Source: Telmatocola sphagniphila (GTDB taxonomy: Bacteria > Planctomycetota > Planctomycetia > Gemmatales > Gemmataceae). Taken from it: a stretch of 32,000 bases of DNA. Positions 24,097 through 31,381 of this stretch are shown in pieces; position 1 is the first letter of the stretch, and each line of letters starts with the position of its first letter. Where the stretch lies: assembly GCF_018398935.1 (NCBI RefSeq), contig NZ_CP074694.1, positions 5,970,001 to 6,002,000 on the forward strand, given 5' to 3'. The notes below the pieces were generated by a model. That model was not told the DNA's origin. It saw nothing but the letters and a program-made list of their open reading frames with translations, and searched no databases. A program made the position numbers and the translations under genes.

Positions 24097-24828
24097 ATGT
24101 TAAAATTCTTAGCTGGAATGCTGATTTGTTTGCTCGCCTCAAGCGGATATGGTTATCCGCCGCCGCGAAGCCCGGCCCCTCCTCCGTCCGAATCGCAACT
24201 CGAACGGTGGTGGGAGGATCTGGCAAAACAGGAGCCGAAGGCATCCACAGCTTTGTTGAAGCTATCGAGCTACCCAGAACAGACATTAAATCTTTTAAAG
24301 AAAAAACTTTATCGTCTGGAGCTGGACGATAAGAGATTCCTCAAGTTGCTAGCCGATTTGGGTTCTAAAGACGAGAAGGTAGCACGGGCAGCGGATGCGG
24401 AATTTCGAAAATATGATCCGCGCTTGGCGAAAGATATCCCGAATCTTTTTTTCAAGTCGATGGACGAATTGACCACAATGCGATTGGTCGCAATTCTCGA
24501 AGATAAGGAATTTGGCATCTACGAGAAAAAGGGAAAACCTGAGATTACACTGCAGCCCCATGATAGTCAAATCCGGATAACCCTCAGATGGCCGATCAAT
24601 AAAGAGGAATTCGAAGAAGTCAGTAGTTGGATATTCGCTATTAGTCCGGAGTGGACGGTAAAAAAGGATTGGCAATGCATGCAGCGAGCCATTGCATTAC
24701 TGGAAATTTTCAACTCCCCGGAAGCTATTGCGATTTTGAAGGATATCGCCAAAGGGCATAAACATGCCGCGCCGACCAAAGCGGCGTTTGAGGTCTTGGG
24801 TCGCATGAAGCTGGCCTTGAAGGATTAA
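24097..24828 (+). CDS. Secreted helical-repeat protein of unknown function, paralogue B1
   Basis: A 243-aa ORF with an ATG start and a signal-peptide-like N-terminus, MLKFLAGMLICLLASSGYG. It contains QLERWWEDLAKQEPKASTALLKLSSYPEQTLNLLKKKLYRLELDDKRFLKLLADLGSKDEKVARAADAEFRKYDPRLAKD. It aligns along its full length with the next ORF. Confidence 0.75.
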   Translation: MLKFLAGMLICLLASSGYGYPPPRSPAPPPSESQLERWWEDLAKQEPKASTALLKLSSYPEQTLNLLKKKLYRLELDDKRFLKLLADLGSKDEKVARAADAEFRKYDPRLAKDIPNLFFKSMDELTTMRLVAILEDKEFGIYEKKGKPEITLQPHDSQIRITLRWPINKEEFEEVSSWIFAISPEWTVKKDWQCMQRAIALLEIFNSPEAIAILKDIAKGHKHAAPTKAAFEVLGRMKLALKD

Positions 24829-24910
24829 TTCTAAGAAGATCCATCTCGATGCATCTAGATTGACATTTTTGAAAGATACCTTTCAGCCGCTGAAACAACG
24901 AGACTTTGCC

Positions 24911-25633
24911 ATGGGAAAATTGCTCACAGTAATGCTCTGTTGGCTGGCCATTTCGAATGGTCCTGTATATCCGGCCCCGCCTACCGATAAACAATTGGAG
25001 CAATGGTGGAAGGATTTGGCGAAAAAAGAGGGAATTTCCTATGTTGCGCTGCTTAAGCTCTCTCAGCATCCCGAACAGACGATTCCGTTTCTGAAGAAGC
25101 ATCTCACCCGACTGGAACTCGATGATAGGAAACTGAAAAAGTTGCTAGCGGATTTGGGTTCCGGGGATGAGAAAATTGCCAAATCGGCGGATCAGGAACT
25201 CCGACGATTCGATCCTCGATTAGCAAAAGACGTGGAGAAGTATTTTGATGAAAAGTTAGATGCGCTGACGCTAGTTCGATTGGTGACAATTTTTGCGGGA
25301 TGGGAATTTGGGCATTTAGAAAAGAATGAAATTTTACCTCTGGTAACATTTGGCGGGCATCTCGAACATACCGATTTCGTCTATATAGGGATCAAGTGGA
25401 TAAATAATGAGATGACTATATCCTGTGGTGGTAAAACAGAAAGCTTAAATAATATTTTGGATCAATCCGAAGAATGGCTTCTTCGGTTTCGAGCTATTGC
25501 GATTCTTGAGCATTTCGGTTCAACGGATGCTATCGAGATTCTTCAAGAACTTGCCAAAGGGAACAAAGTTGTACGGCCCACCAAGGAAGCCGTTGAAGCC
25601 TTGAAGAGGCTGAGATTTTCGTTGAAGGAATAA
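24911..25633 (+). CDS. Secreted helical-repeat protein of unknown function, paralogue B2
   Basis: The ATG at 24911 gives MGKLLTVMLCWLAISNG, which parallels the B1 N-terminus. The track start at 24860 is a TTG. It contains QLEQWWKDLAKKEGISYVALLKLSQHPEQTIPFLKKHLTRLELDDRKLKKLLADLGSGDEKIAKSADQELRRFDPRLAKD. Confidence 0.75.
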   Translation: MGKLLTVMLCWLAISNGPVYPAPPTDKQLEQWWKDLAKKEGISYVALLKLSQHPEQTIPFLKKHLTRLELDDRKLKKLLADLGSGDEKIAKSADQELRRFDPRLAKDVEKYFDEKLDALTLVRLVTIFAGWEFGHLEKNEILPLVTFGGHLEHTDFVYIGIKWINNEMTISCGGKTESLNNILDQSEEWLLRFRAIAILEHFGSTDAIEILQELAKGNKVVRPTKEAVEALKRLRFSLKE

Positions 25634-25658
25634 TTTAGCCGGGCTCCTCCGCGCCACC

Positions 25659-26414
25659 TTACTCCTCCACCGACTTCTGAGCCGCTGTCACTTTCGATAG
25701 CTTCGTATACCAGAGAATTCCCCGAAGGATTGAGAATATTCCAAACCCCAGGAATCCAGTCATCACAAAATACCGGCCGTTCGGCCCCGCCATGTTAAAC
25801 GAAAAGAGAGTAATCCCGATACCCAGGGCCAGGCTCAGACCACCAAGCCCCAGATAAAACAGAGCTTTCTTTTTAATCGCTTCCCGGGCCGCTTCAGGAT
25901 GCATTTTCAGGCTGATTTCGATCAGATCGCGCAACTGCGCAATGGCCTCTTTCTTCGGTTCGAAAACGAGCGGATCTTCGCTTTCCCAGTCGACCAGTAA
26001 CGTGGGCTTTCCCCAGAAACTGGGGAAATGAATTCGCGTAATCGCCTCCCCGGCTGAGATCTGAGTTAGCAAGGCGTTTTCGGAATCCAGAATCTGCATG
26101 CCCTCAGCTGTTGCTTCCACGTAACAGCGCTTCCCTTGGACCGGCTTCTCCAAACCATCCAGAGGAATTCGCACGGTAGCTTGCCCCGTCGGTGAATCTT
26201 TCGCGGCAGTGATTGTGATCTCTTCTTCAGGCAGTTTTTCTGGCTCACCCGCAATTTTGTTCCAGAAGAGTATCGCCACGCCGCCCAAAGTGAGAATGGC
26301 CCCGAAGATGATGAATGGAATTTTCGCCTGGGGAAGAAATTCGCCGAACATCACGCCCAGAACGCCAAACCCGATACCACTCAAAATTCCGATGATGGCA
26401 AAGACCTTATTCAC
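25659..26414 (-). CDS. Four-TM membrane protein with a central soluble domain (hypothetical)
   Basis: 251 aa, with a GTG start at 26414. There are two N-terminal TM helices (VFAIIGILSGIGFGVLGVMFG; IPFIIFGAILTLGGVAILFW), a soluble region of about 130 aa, and two C-terminal TM helices. The N-terminal module is paralogous to ORF 26578-26817. Confidence 0.7.
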   Translation of the reverse strand: MNKVFAIIGILSGIGFGVLGVMFGEFLPQAKIPFIIFGAILTLGGVAILFWNKIAGEPEKLPEEEITITAAKDSPTGQATVRIPLDGLEKPVQGKRCYVEATAEGMQILDSENALLTQISAGEAITRIHFPSFWGKPTLLVDWESEDPLVFEPKKEAIAQLRDLIEISLKMHPEAAREAIKKKALFYLGLGGLSLALGIGITLFSFNMAGPNGRYFVMTGFLGFGIFSILRGILWYTKLSKVTAAQKSVEE

Positions 26415-26577
26415 AGCTGGACTCGCTTGAAAATGACATAGAGAGCGTAAGGAATACGGCTTTCATTTTTGATAGGAATAGACCGAATTCTGTCCATCCA
26501 AGTGAGGCATTCCCAGCGAGTGAAGAGAAGTCCAAGTCAAGCTCGGCTGATACGTCGAAAAATCCGCTTCAAAACAC

Positions 26578-26817
26578 TCATTTTTCCAAGGAACCGGAAT
26601 CCTGGTTCTTTTGGGTAGCACTCGCTTGATGATCCGAATTCTCGAGCTTCCCGATAATCCGCTTCCATAACAGCAGGCCGAGGCCCATCAGAAAAGTGAG
26701 TCTGGCTAAAACAAAGAACAGGAGTTTGCCTTCCGGATAAAACGATTCGGCATAGTACCCCAGAACCGCAAAGCTGACTCCCATCGAAATACCCAGGGCT
26801 GCAAGGATTTTGGACAT
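26578..26817 (-). CDS. Small two-TM membrane protein (hypothetical)
   Basis: A 79-aa ORF with an ATG start. MSKILAALGISMGVSFAVLGYYAESFYPEGKLLFFVLARLTFLMGLGLLLWKRIIGK aligns without gaps with the first ~57 aa of the neighbouring 251-aa protein. I count about 17 identities by eye, including M, K, A, G, F, VLG, F-P, K, F, G, L-W and I-G. Confidence 0.6.
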   Translation of the reverse strand: MSKILAALGISMGVSFAVLGYYAESFYPEGKLLFFVLARLTFLMGLGLLLWKRIIGKLENSDHQASATQKNQDSGSLEK

Positions 26818-27128
26818 AGCCAGGCTCTTTTGAGATTGAATTGCGGAGTTGCACCGCTCAGTAGTGGCTTACGAAATATTAGAGTTCGAAGACTCGAATT
26901 GCATCAATTTCCATTCGGGGAAAACATCCAGTTCTACCGACAGTTTATCCGAAGTAAGAAGGGGTTAATATTGGCGAACTGCTTGGGCATTTGGGTAAAT
27001 TGCGAATTTTAGGCAATAAGATCGACTCCCGCTTCCGGTATAATCACCGTAATTTGGCAATCAGGGCCGAAGCGGAATTGCAAGGCTTTTTAACTCTCCT
27101 CGGAATCGAAATTACTGAGTGTACCTTT
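26818..27128. promoter_or_regulatory. Divergent intergenic region upstream of the FG-GAP gene, with a TATAAT hexamer and a repeated heptamer
   Basis: A perfect TATAAT lies at 27038-27043, 85 nt upstream of the ATG at 27129. I saw no convincing -35 element at 17-bp spacing. GAATTGC occurs at 26838, 26896 and 27075, and AAATTGC at 26995. Confidence 0.3.
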
Positions 27129-29732
27129 ATGAAGAAACTGCACCTTATCGAATTGGAAAACCGAATCACCCCGGTAGTCTCGGCCTCACTGAACGGCTCC
27201 ACGCTGAACATCTCGGAGAACGCCGCGAATGACTCCGCTATTGTGGGAACCAACGGCAGTAACATTGAGGTTCGCGATGGGGCAAACAATCTGATCCTGA
27301 GTGTGGCTCAGTCCAGCGTCACCGATCTCAATGCCTCAGTAACCCCGGCCGCCAATCAATCGCTCGTCTTCAAAAACGCGCTCAACTTCACCGGCTCGGT
27401 GGTCGCTAGCCAGCTCACGACCATTTCGGTCGATGCCGCGTTGTCGGCCGCAAATGTCACTCTTTCTGCGGCCAACTTGAATTTCACCTCACCTATCAAC
27501 GTCGGTAGCGGCATCATCACTCTCCAGCAGCAGTATGGCGCGAGCCAGGCCGAGAATATCGTGATCGGCGGCACGGCCCAGACCGGGAGTCTGAATCTCG
27601 ACGCGTCGCAACTGGCCACTTTCACGGCGGGCATTCTCCGGATCGGTCGAACCGACAATACTGGCAACATCACGATCAACAGTCTGACGCTACCGGCCGG
27701 CGTGCCGATCCTCTCGTTGCGAACCGGGGGCAATGTCACACTACCAGTGGTCAGCGGCCAGATCTCGACTCTGGTGGTTCCGAATCTGGCCATCGCGGCG
27801 GGCGGATCGGTCAGTCTGGATGGGCCGAATGCGGGAAAACTGGATGTGGAAAATCAGTTGGCCATTAGTGCTACCGGCTCTGTCTACGTCGATAATCCCG
27901 ATGAAACCAGCGGCCAAAATCTGACGATTGGCACTGTGGACGGCATAGCCGGGATACACACTTCTGGGGCCGTCTATCTGAGGGCGGTTAATCAGGTGAT
28001 CTTCCAGAATCCGATCACTACCACTTCGACGGTGCAGTTGGAAACCGCCCAGTTCATTGGCCAGCCGGGGCAGACGGCCATTTTTGCTTCGGGATTGAAT
28101 AGCCACGCTAACGCCATTGGCACGCCGAGCAATCCACTCCAGACGCAGGTCACGACCTTTGCGGGAGTACTGGCCTTATCGGGAACTTATCTGGCCAATG
28201 TCGGCACTCTGACTATCGGAACGGTACTCGGTGAAAGTGGTGTTCTCAGCATTCGTGGTTTTGGTGGGCCGATCGAGTTTTTCGCTCCTTCTTCTACGAC
28301 CAGTGATGGGAATCTCACGCTGGTGATTGATCAGCCGATTGAAGATAACATCGTGGTGCATGGGGGCGCGAAGACGAACTCGGTCACGATCAACTACAAC
28401 CTCGGGGCGACGTTGCCGGGCATGGCTTTCAGCGATGCACCCACCGGCAGCCAGAATAGTCTGACGCTCACCGATACGGGCGATACGACTGCCCATACCT
28501 TCTACGGTAGTGATACCGCTGCCGGATTGGATAATAAGAATTTCACGCTGGCGAACATTCAAAGTATCACATTCAACGGGGGCCTTGGCTACGATTCCTT
28601 TTACGTTACCCCTTCGATGAATCAGACCGCCTTCTTCGTGAATGGGGGAGGCGCAGGTAATGTACTTCGCGTAGACACGACCGGTACGCAAGGAAGTAAT
28701 CGGCAGTATACCCAGACGAGCACCGGGAAAACCGGCACCTGGACGTTCACGAATGCCCAGACAATTACATTTACAAATATTGGCAGCTTTGGAGATAACG
28801 GTACGCATTACATCGCAGTAGGCGTTGGTATCGGCGGGCCAGGCGCGGTGAACGTCTATTCCGATGACATGACTCAGAAATTCAGCTTCTATCCTTATTC
28901 GCAAAATTTTAACGGCGGCGTTGTGGTGGCGACCGGCGATGTCAACGGCGACGGCGTCGATGATATCGTAACCGGGGTGGCGTCGGCCGCCGACCCGCAT
29001 ATTGAAGTCTTCGATGGCGTGACCGGGAAGATGATCATGTCCTTCGATGCCTTCGATCCGGCCTATCGAGGTGGCGTGACGATTGGCTTGGCCGATCTGA
29101 GCGGGCAGGGCTACGACGATATTATTGTTGGCGCTGCCGTGGGAACTTCGCATGTTGTAGCGTTCGATGGAAAGACGGGGGCGCTAGTCCAGAGCTTCCT
29201 CGCTTACCCGGGCTTTAATGGCGGGGTAACCGTGGCCGGTGGCGATGTCGCGGGCAACGGCTACGACGACATTATTACCGGCACCGGTCCGGGCGGCCCG
29301 CCGCATGTGAAAGTGTTCGATGGGAAAAGCCTCGCGGTGCTCAAATCTTTCTATGCGTTCTCGACTTCCTACACGGGAGGAATTTCCGTAGCGGCCACCG
29401 ATCTGAATGGCGATGGCAAAGCCGACCTCATCGTCGGAGCCAGCGGTTCGAATGTCGATACGCACGTGGTCACGTTCGACGCCGTGACCGGAGCCCAAAC
29501 GAATTCCATTGAAGCGTTCACCGGCTTCTACGGCGGGGTTCAAGTCGCGGCCAAGGACTTCGATGGCAATGGCGAGGGCGAACTGTTCTTTGTCCCGGGC
29601 GCGGGCGGTCCGCCGCATTTAAGAATTATTACCATCCTGCAGGTCGATTCGCCCAAGGAGAATTTGTTCAGCGAGTATGCGAATATTTACACGTTCTCAC
29701 CCAGTTTGTTGTCGGGCTTCTATGTGGGGTAG
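27129..29732 (+). CDS. Large extracellular protein: N-terminal beta-helix-like region plus C-terminal FG-GAP/VCBS beta-propeller repeats
   Basis: The ATG at 27129 gives MKKLHLIELENRITPVV; the track start at 26991 is a TTG. The N-terminal ~550 aa are rich in N, S, T and G with short beta-strand repeats. The C-terminal ~270 aa carry five FG-GAP-type Ca-binding loops: GDVNGDGVDDIVTG, ADLSGQGYDDIIVG, GDVAGNGYDDIITG, TDLNGDGKADLIVG and KDFDGNGEGELFF. Confidence 0.88.
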   Translation: MKKLHLIELENRITPVVSASLNGSTLNISENAANDSAIVGTNGSNIEVRDGANNLILSVAQSSVTDLNASVTPAANQSLVFKNALNFTGSVVASQLTTISVDAALSAANVTLSAANLNFTSPINVGSGIITLQQQYGASQAENIVIGGTAQTGSLNLDASQLATFTAGILRIGRTDNTGNITINSLTLPAGVPILSLRTGGNVTLPVVSGQISTLVVPNLAIAAGGSVSLDGPNAGKLDVENQLAISATGSVYVDNPDETSGQNLTIGTVDGIAGIHTSGAVYLRAVNQVIFQNPITTTSTVQLETAQFIGQPGQTAIFASGLNSHANAIGTPSNPLQTQVTTFAGVLALSGTYLANVGTLTIGTVLGESGVLSIRGFGGPIEFFAPSSTTSDGNLTLVIDQPIEDNIVVHGGAKTNSVTINYNLGATLPGMAFSDAPTGSQNSLTLTDTGDTTAHTFYGSDTAAGLDNKNFTLANIQSITFNGGLGYDSFYVTPSMNQTAFFVNGGGAGNVLRVDTTGTQGSNRQYTQTSTGKTGTWTFTNAQTITFTNIGSFGDNGTHYIAVGVGIGGPGAVNVYSDDMTQKFSFYPYSQNFNGGVVVATGDVNGDGVDDIVTGVASAADPHIEVFDGVTGKMIMSFDAFDPAYRGGVTIGLADLSGQGYDDIIVGAAVGTSHVVAFDGKTGALVQSFLAYPGFNGGVTVAGGDVAGNGYDDIITGTGPGGPPHVKVFDGKSLAVLKSFYAFSTSYTGGISVAATDLNGDGKADLIVGASGSNVDTHVVTFDAVTGAQTNSIEAFTGFYGGVQVAAKDFDGNGEGELFFVPGAGGPPHLRIITILQVDSPKENLFSEYANIYTFSPSLLSGFYVG

Positions 29733-29742
29733 GGGGAAAAGT

Positions 29743-29767
29743 GTTAGCCCGAAACGTCAGTGAGGGC
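29743..29767 (-). repeat. Inverted copy of the 25-nt core of the downstream tandem array
   Basis: GTTAGCCCGAAACGTCAGTGAGGGC is the exact reverse complement of GCCCTCACTGACGTTTCGGGCTAAC. It begins 11 nt after the FG-GAP gene stop. It can itself fold (AGCCC-N13-GGGCT) and is followed by TTTT. Confidence 0.9.
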
Positions 29768-29808
29768 TTTTGGTATGGATTCTAATGCAGTGAGAATACC
29801 AGGTGGGT

Positions 29809-30300
29809 GGAAGTTCTGGAAACGGGAAGTTTCGACTTATTAATGCCCTCACTCACGTTTTGGGCTAACAAAGCCTATGCGGGGGGAAGTTCTGGAGACG
29901 GGAAGTTTCGACTTATTAATGCCCTCACTGACGTTTCGGGCTAACAAAGCCTATGCGGGTGGAAGTTCTGGAAACGGGAAGTTTCGCCTTATTAATGCCC
30001 TCACTGACGTATCGGGCTAACAACGCAAATCGGGCTAACAAAGCCTATGTGGGTGGAAGTTCTGGAAACGGGAAGTTTCGCCATATTAATGCCCTCACTG
30101 ACGTTTCGGGCTAACAAAGCCTATGCGGGGGGAAGTTCTGGAAACGGGAAGTTTCGCCTTATTAATGCCCTCACTGACGTTTCGGGCTAACAACGCAAAT
30201 CGGGCTAACAAAGCCTATGTGGGTGGAAGTTCTGGAAACGGGAAGTTTCGCCATATTAATGCCCTCACTGACGTTTCGGGCTAACAACGCAAATCGGGCA
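29809..30300 (+). repeat. Non-coding tandem repeat array: six units of 76 or 94 nt, organised as a duplicated 170-nt super-unit
   Basis: The units start at 29809, 29885, 29961, 30055, 30131 and 30225, each beginning GGAAGTTCTGGAAACGGGAAGTTTCG. Their lengths are 76, 76, 94, 76, 94 and 76 nt. Segments 29961-30130 and 30131-30300 are identical over the first 157 nt except for one base. Stop codons occur in all frames. Confidence 0.92.
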
Positions 30301-30654
30301 AATGGAGCCAACGCGCGGTCGGACGGGATCTGACTCACTCGTCCGCTAAGAATTGAGTCCCGGCCAATTATCTCGCGCCCGGCCCGAAAATATTTGAATT
30401 TTTCACTTCGTCATCAGGTGCCCCCAATTCGATCCCTTTTCTCGCATTCCTTCCCTCTCACGACTCGCTCATCAACCGCCGTTTTATCAGAGTGACTGAA
30501 GAGAATTTTCTCAATTTGATTGAGTTCCGCTGATGGCATCAAAGAAATTATGCCGCAGTAGAAAAGCCGGATATTTTTGGCCTCTGGCGCACCAGTTGCG
30601 ATTAGTAGCTCATCGAGATCAGGAAAATTCATCGCAATTATAGGGGATCTTAAA

Positions 30655-31350
30655 GTGGCAGCAGTCTTACTCGATGCGGAACCCATCGCAACAGTTAAAG
30701 CCCCCGTGCGACGGCCGATTCCAGAAGCCGGTTTGGCCGTAGGGCGACTCTATACCATCGCAAAGCGAACGACCGACATCGTGGTTGCTCTCGGTGCGAT
30801 CATCGCTCTGGCCCCTCTGGGCTTCGTGGTGGCACTGCTTATCAAGCTGACCGACATGGGACCGGTTTTCTTCGTCCAGAAGCGAATCGGCAAAGACGGT
30901 AAAGCCTTCTCCTTCATCAAGTTCCGCTCGATGATCGTGAATGCCGATCAGTTGAAAATGACCTTGAGCAAGCATAGCCATCACGGGGACAGTATCACCT
31001 TCAAAATGAAACGCGACCCCCGGATTACCTGGATTGGTTCGATAATTCGCAAAACGAGCATTGACGAACTGCCACAACTGTTCAATGTTTTAACTGGCGA
31101 GATGAGTCTGGTAGGTCCGCGACCCGCCGTGCCTTCAGAGGTGGCCCGCTACGAACCCCGCCATAAGGGTCGTCTGGCCGTGCAGCCGGGTATCACTTGC
31201 ATCTGGCAGGTTCGGGGACGAGGCGACATCCCCTTCGAACAACAGGTCAAGATGGACTTGGAATACATCAACCGTCGGTCCTGGTGGTACGACCTGATAC
31301 TGATGGTGGAAACGGTTCCCGCAGTTTTAACCGGCCGTGGCGCTTACTAA
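30655..31350 (+). CDS. Polyprenyl-phosphate sugar-phosphate transferase (bacterial sugar transferase family, WbaP/PglC-like priming enzyme)
   Basis: [57 protein letters not shown] and [21 protein letters not shown] are the hallmark motifs. The start is uncertain. The longest ORF begins at TTG 30577. GTG 30655 is preceded by AGGGGA, and GTG 30706 is also in frame. The stop at 31348-31350 is firm. Confidence 0.88.
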   Translation: MAAVLLDAEPIATVKAPVRRPIPEAGLAVGRLYTIAKRTTDIVVALGAIIALAPLGFVVALLIKLTDMGPVFFVQKRIGKDGKAFSFIKFRSMIVNADQLKMTLSKHSHHGDSITFKMKRDPRITWIGSIIRKTSIDELPQLFNVLTGEMSLVGPRPAVPSEVARYEPRHKGRLAVQPGITCIWQVRGRGDIPFEQQVKMDLEYINRRSWWYDLILMVETVPAVLTGRGAY

Positions 31351-31381
31351 TACACTCGATCTTCATCAGGAGTTTACGACC

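Noticed and set aside
23900-24332. ORFs 23900-24286 (-) and 23982-24332 (+) in and around the intergenic region before B1
   Set aside because: Both overlap the signal-peptide-bearing B1 gene out of frame or antisense, and neither has any motif.
29743-29790. Hammerhead-ribozyme-like string on the strand carrying CCCGAAACGUCAGUGAGGGC (GAAAC, GUC, then CAGUGAG resembling CUGAUGAG)
   Set aside because: The CUGANGA core is not intact. No complementary stem II lies between the two conserved blocks, and the order of the elements does not fit any hammerhead topology.
29809-30300. Possible CRISPR array
   Set aside because: The whole 76-nt period is repeated, so the would-be spacers are near-identical to each other. 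The unit length and internal duplication do not fit a repeat-spacer architecture. No cas genes are present in the window.
29809-30300. The 76-nt unit length suggested a tandem tRNA or tRNA-like gene array
   Set aside because: I could not draw an acceptor stem or cloverleaf. The 5' and 3' ends of the unit are not complementary, and there is no GTTCRANYC T-loop box. Only two short local hairpins are present.
30552-30561. GCCGCAGTAG resembles the ops/JUMPstart element (GGCGGTAG) found upstream of polysaccharide operons
   Set aside because: It does not match the 8-nt ops core without an indel. RfaH-dependent ops elements are a proteobacterial feature that I have no reason to expect here.
30414-30686. 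90-aa minus-strand ORF upstream of, and overlapping, the sugar-transferase 5' region
   Set aside because: It has no recognisable domain, sits in a lower-GC leader region, and overlaps the alternative starts of the transferase gene. I cannot exclude a small protein, but nothing supports one.
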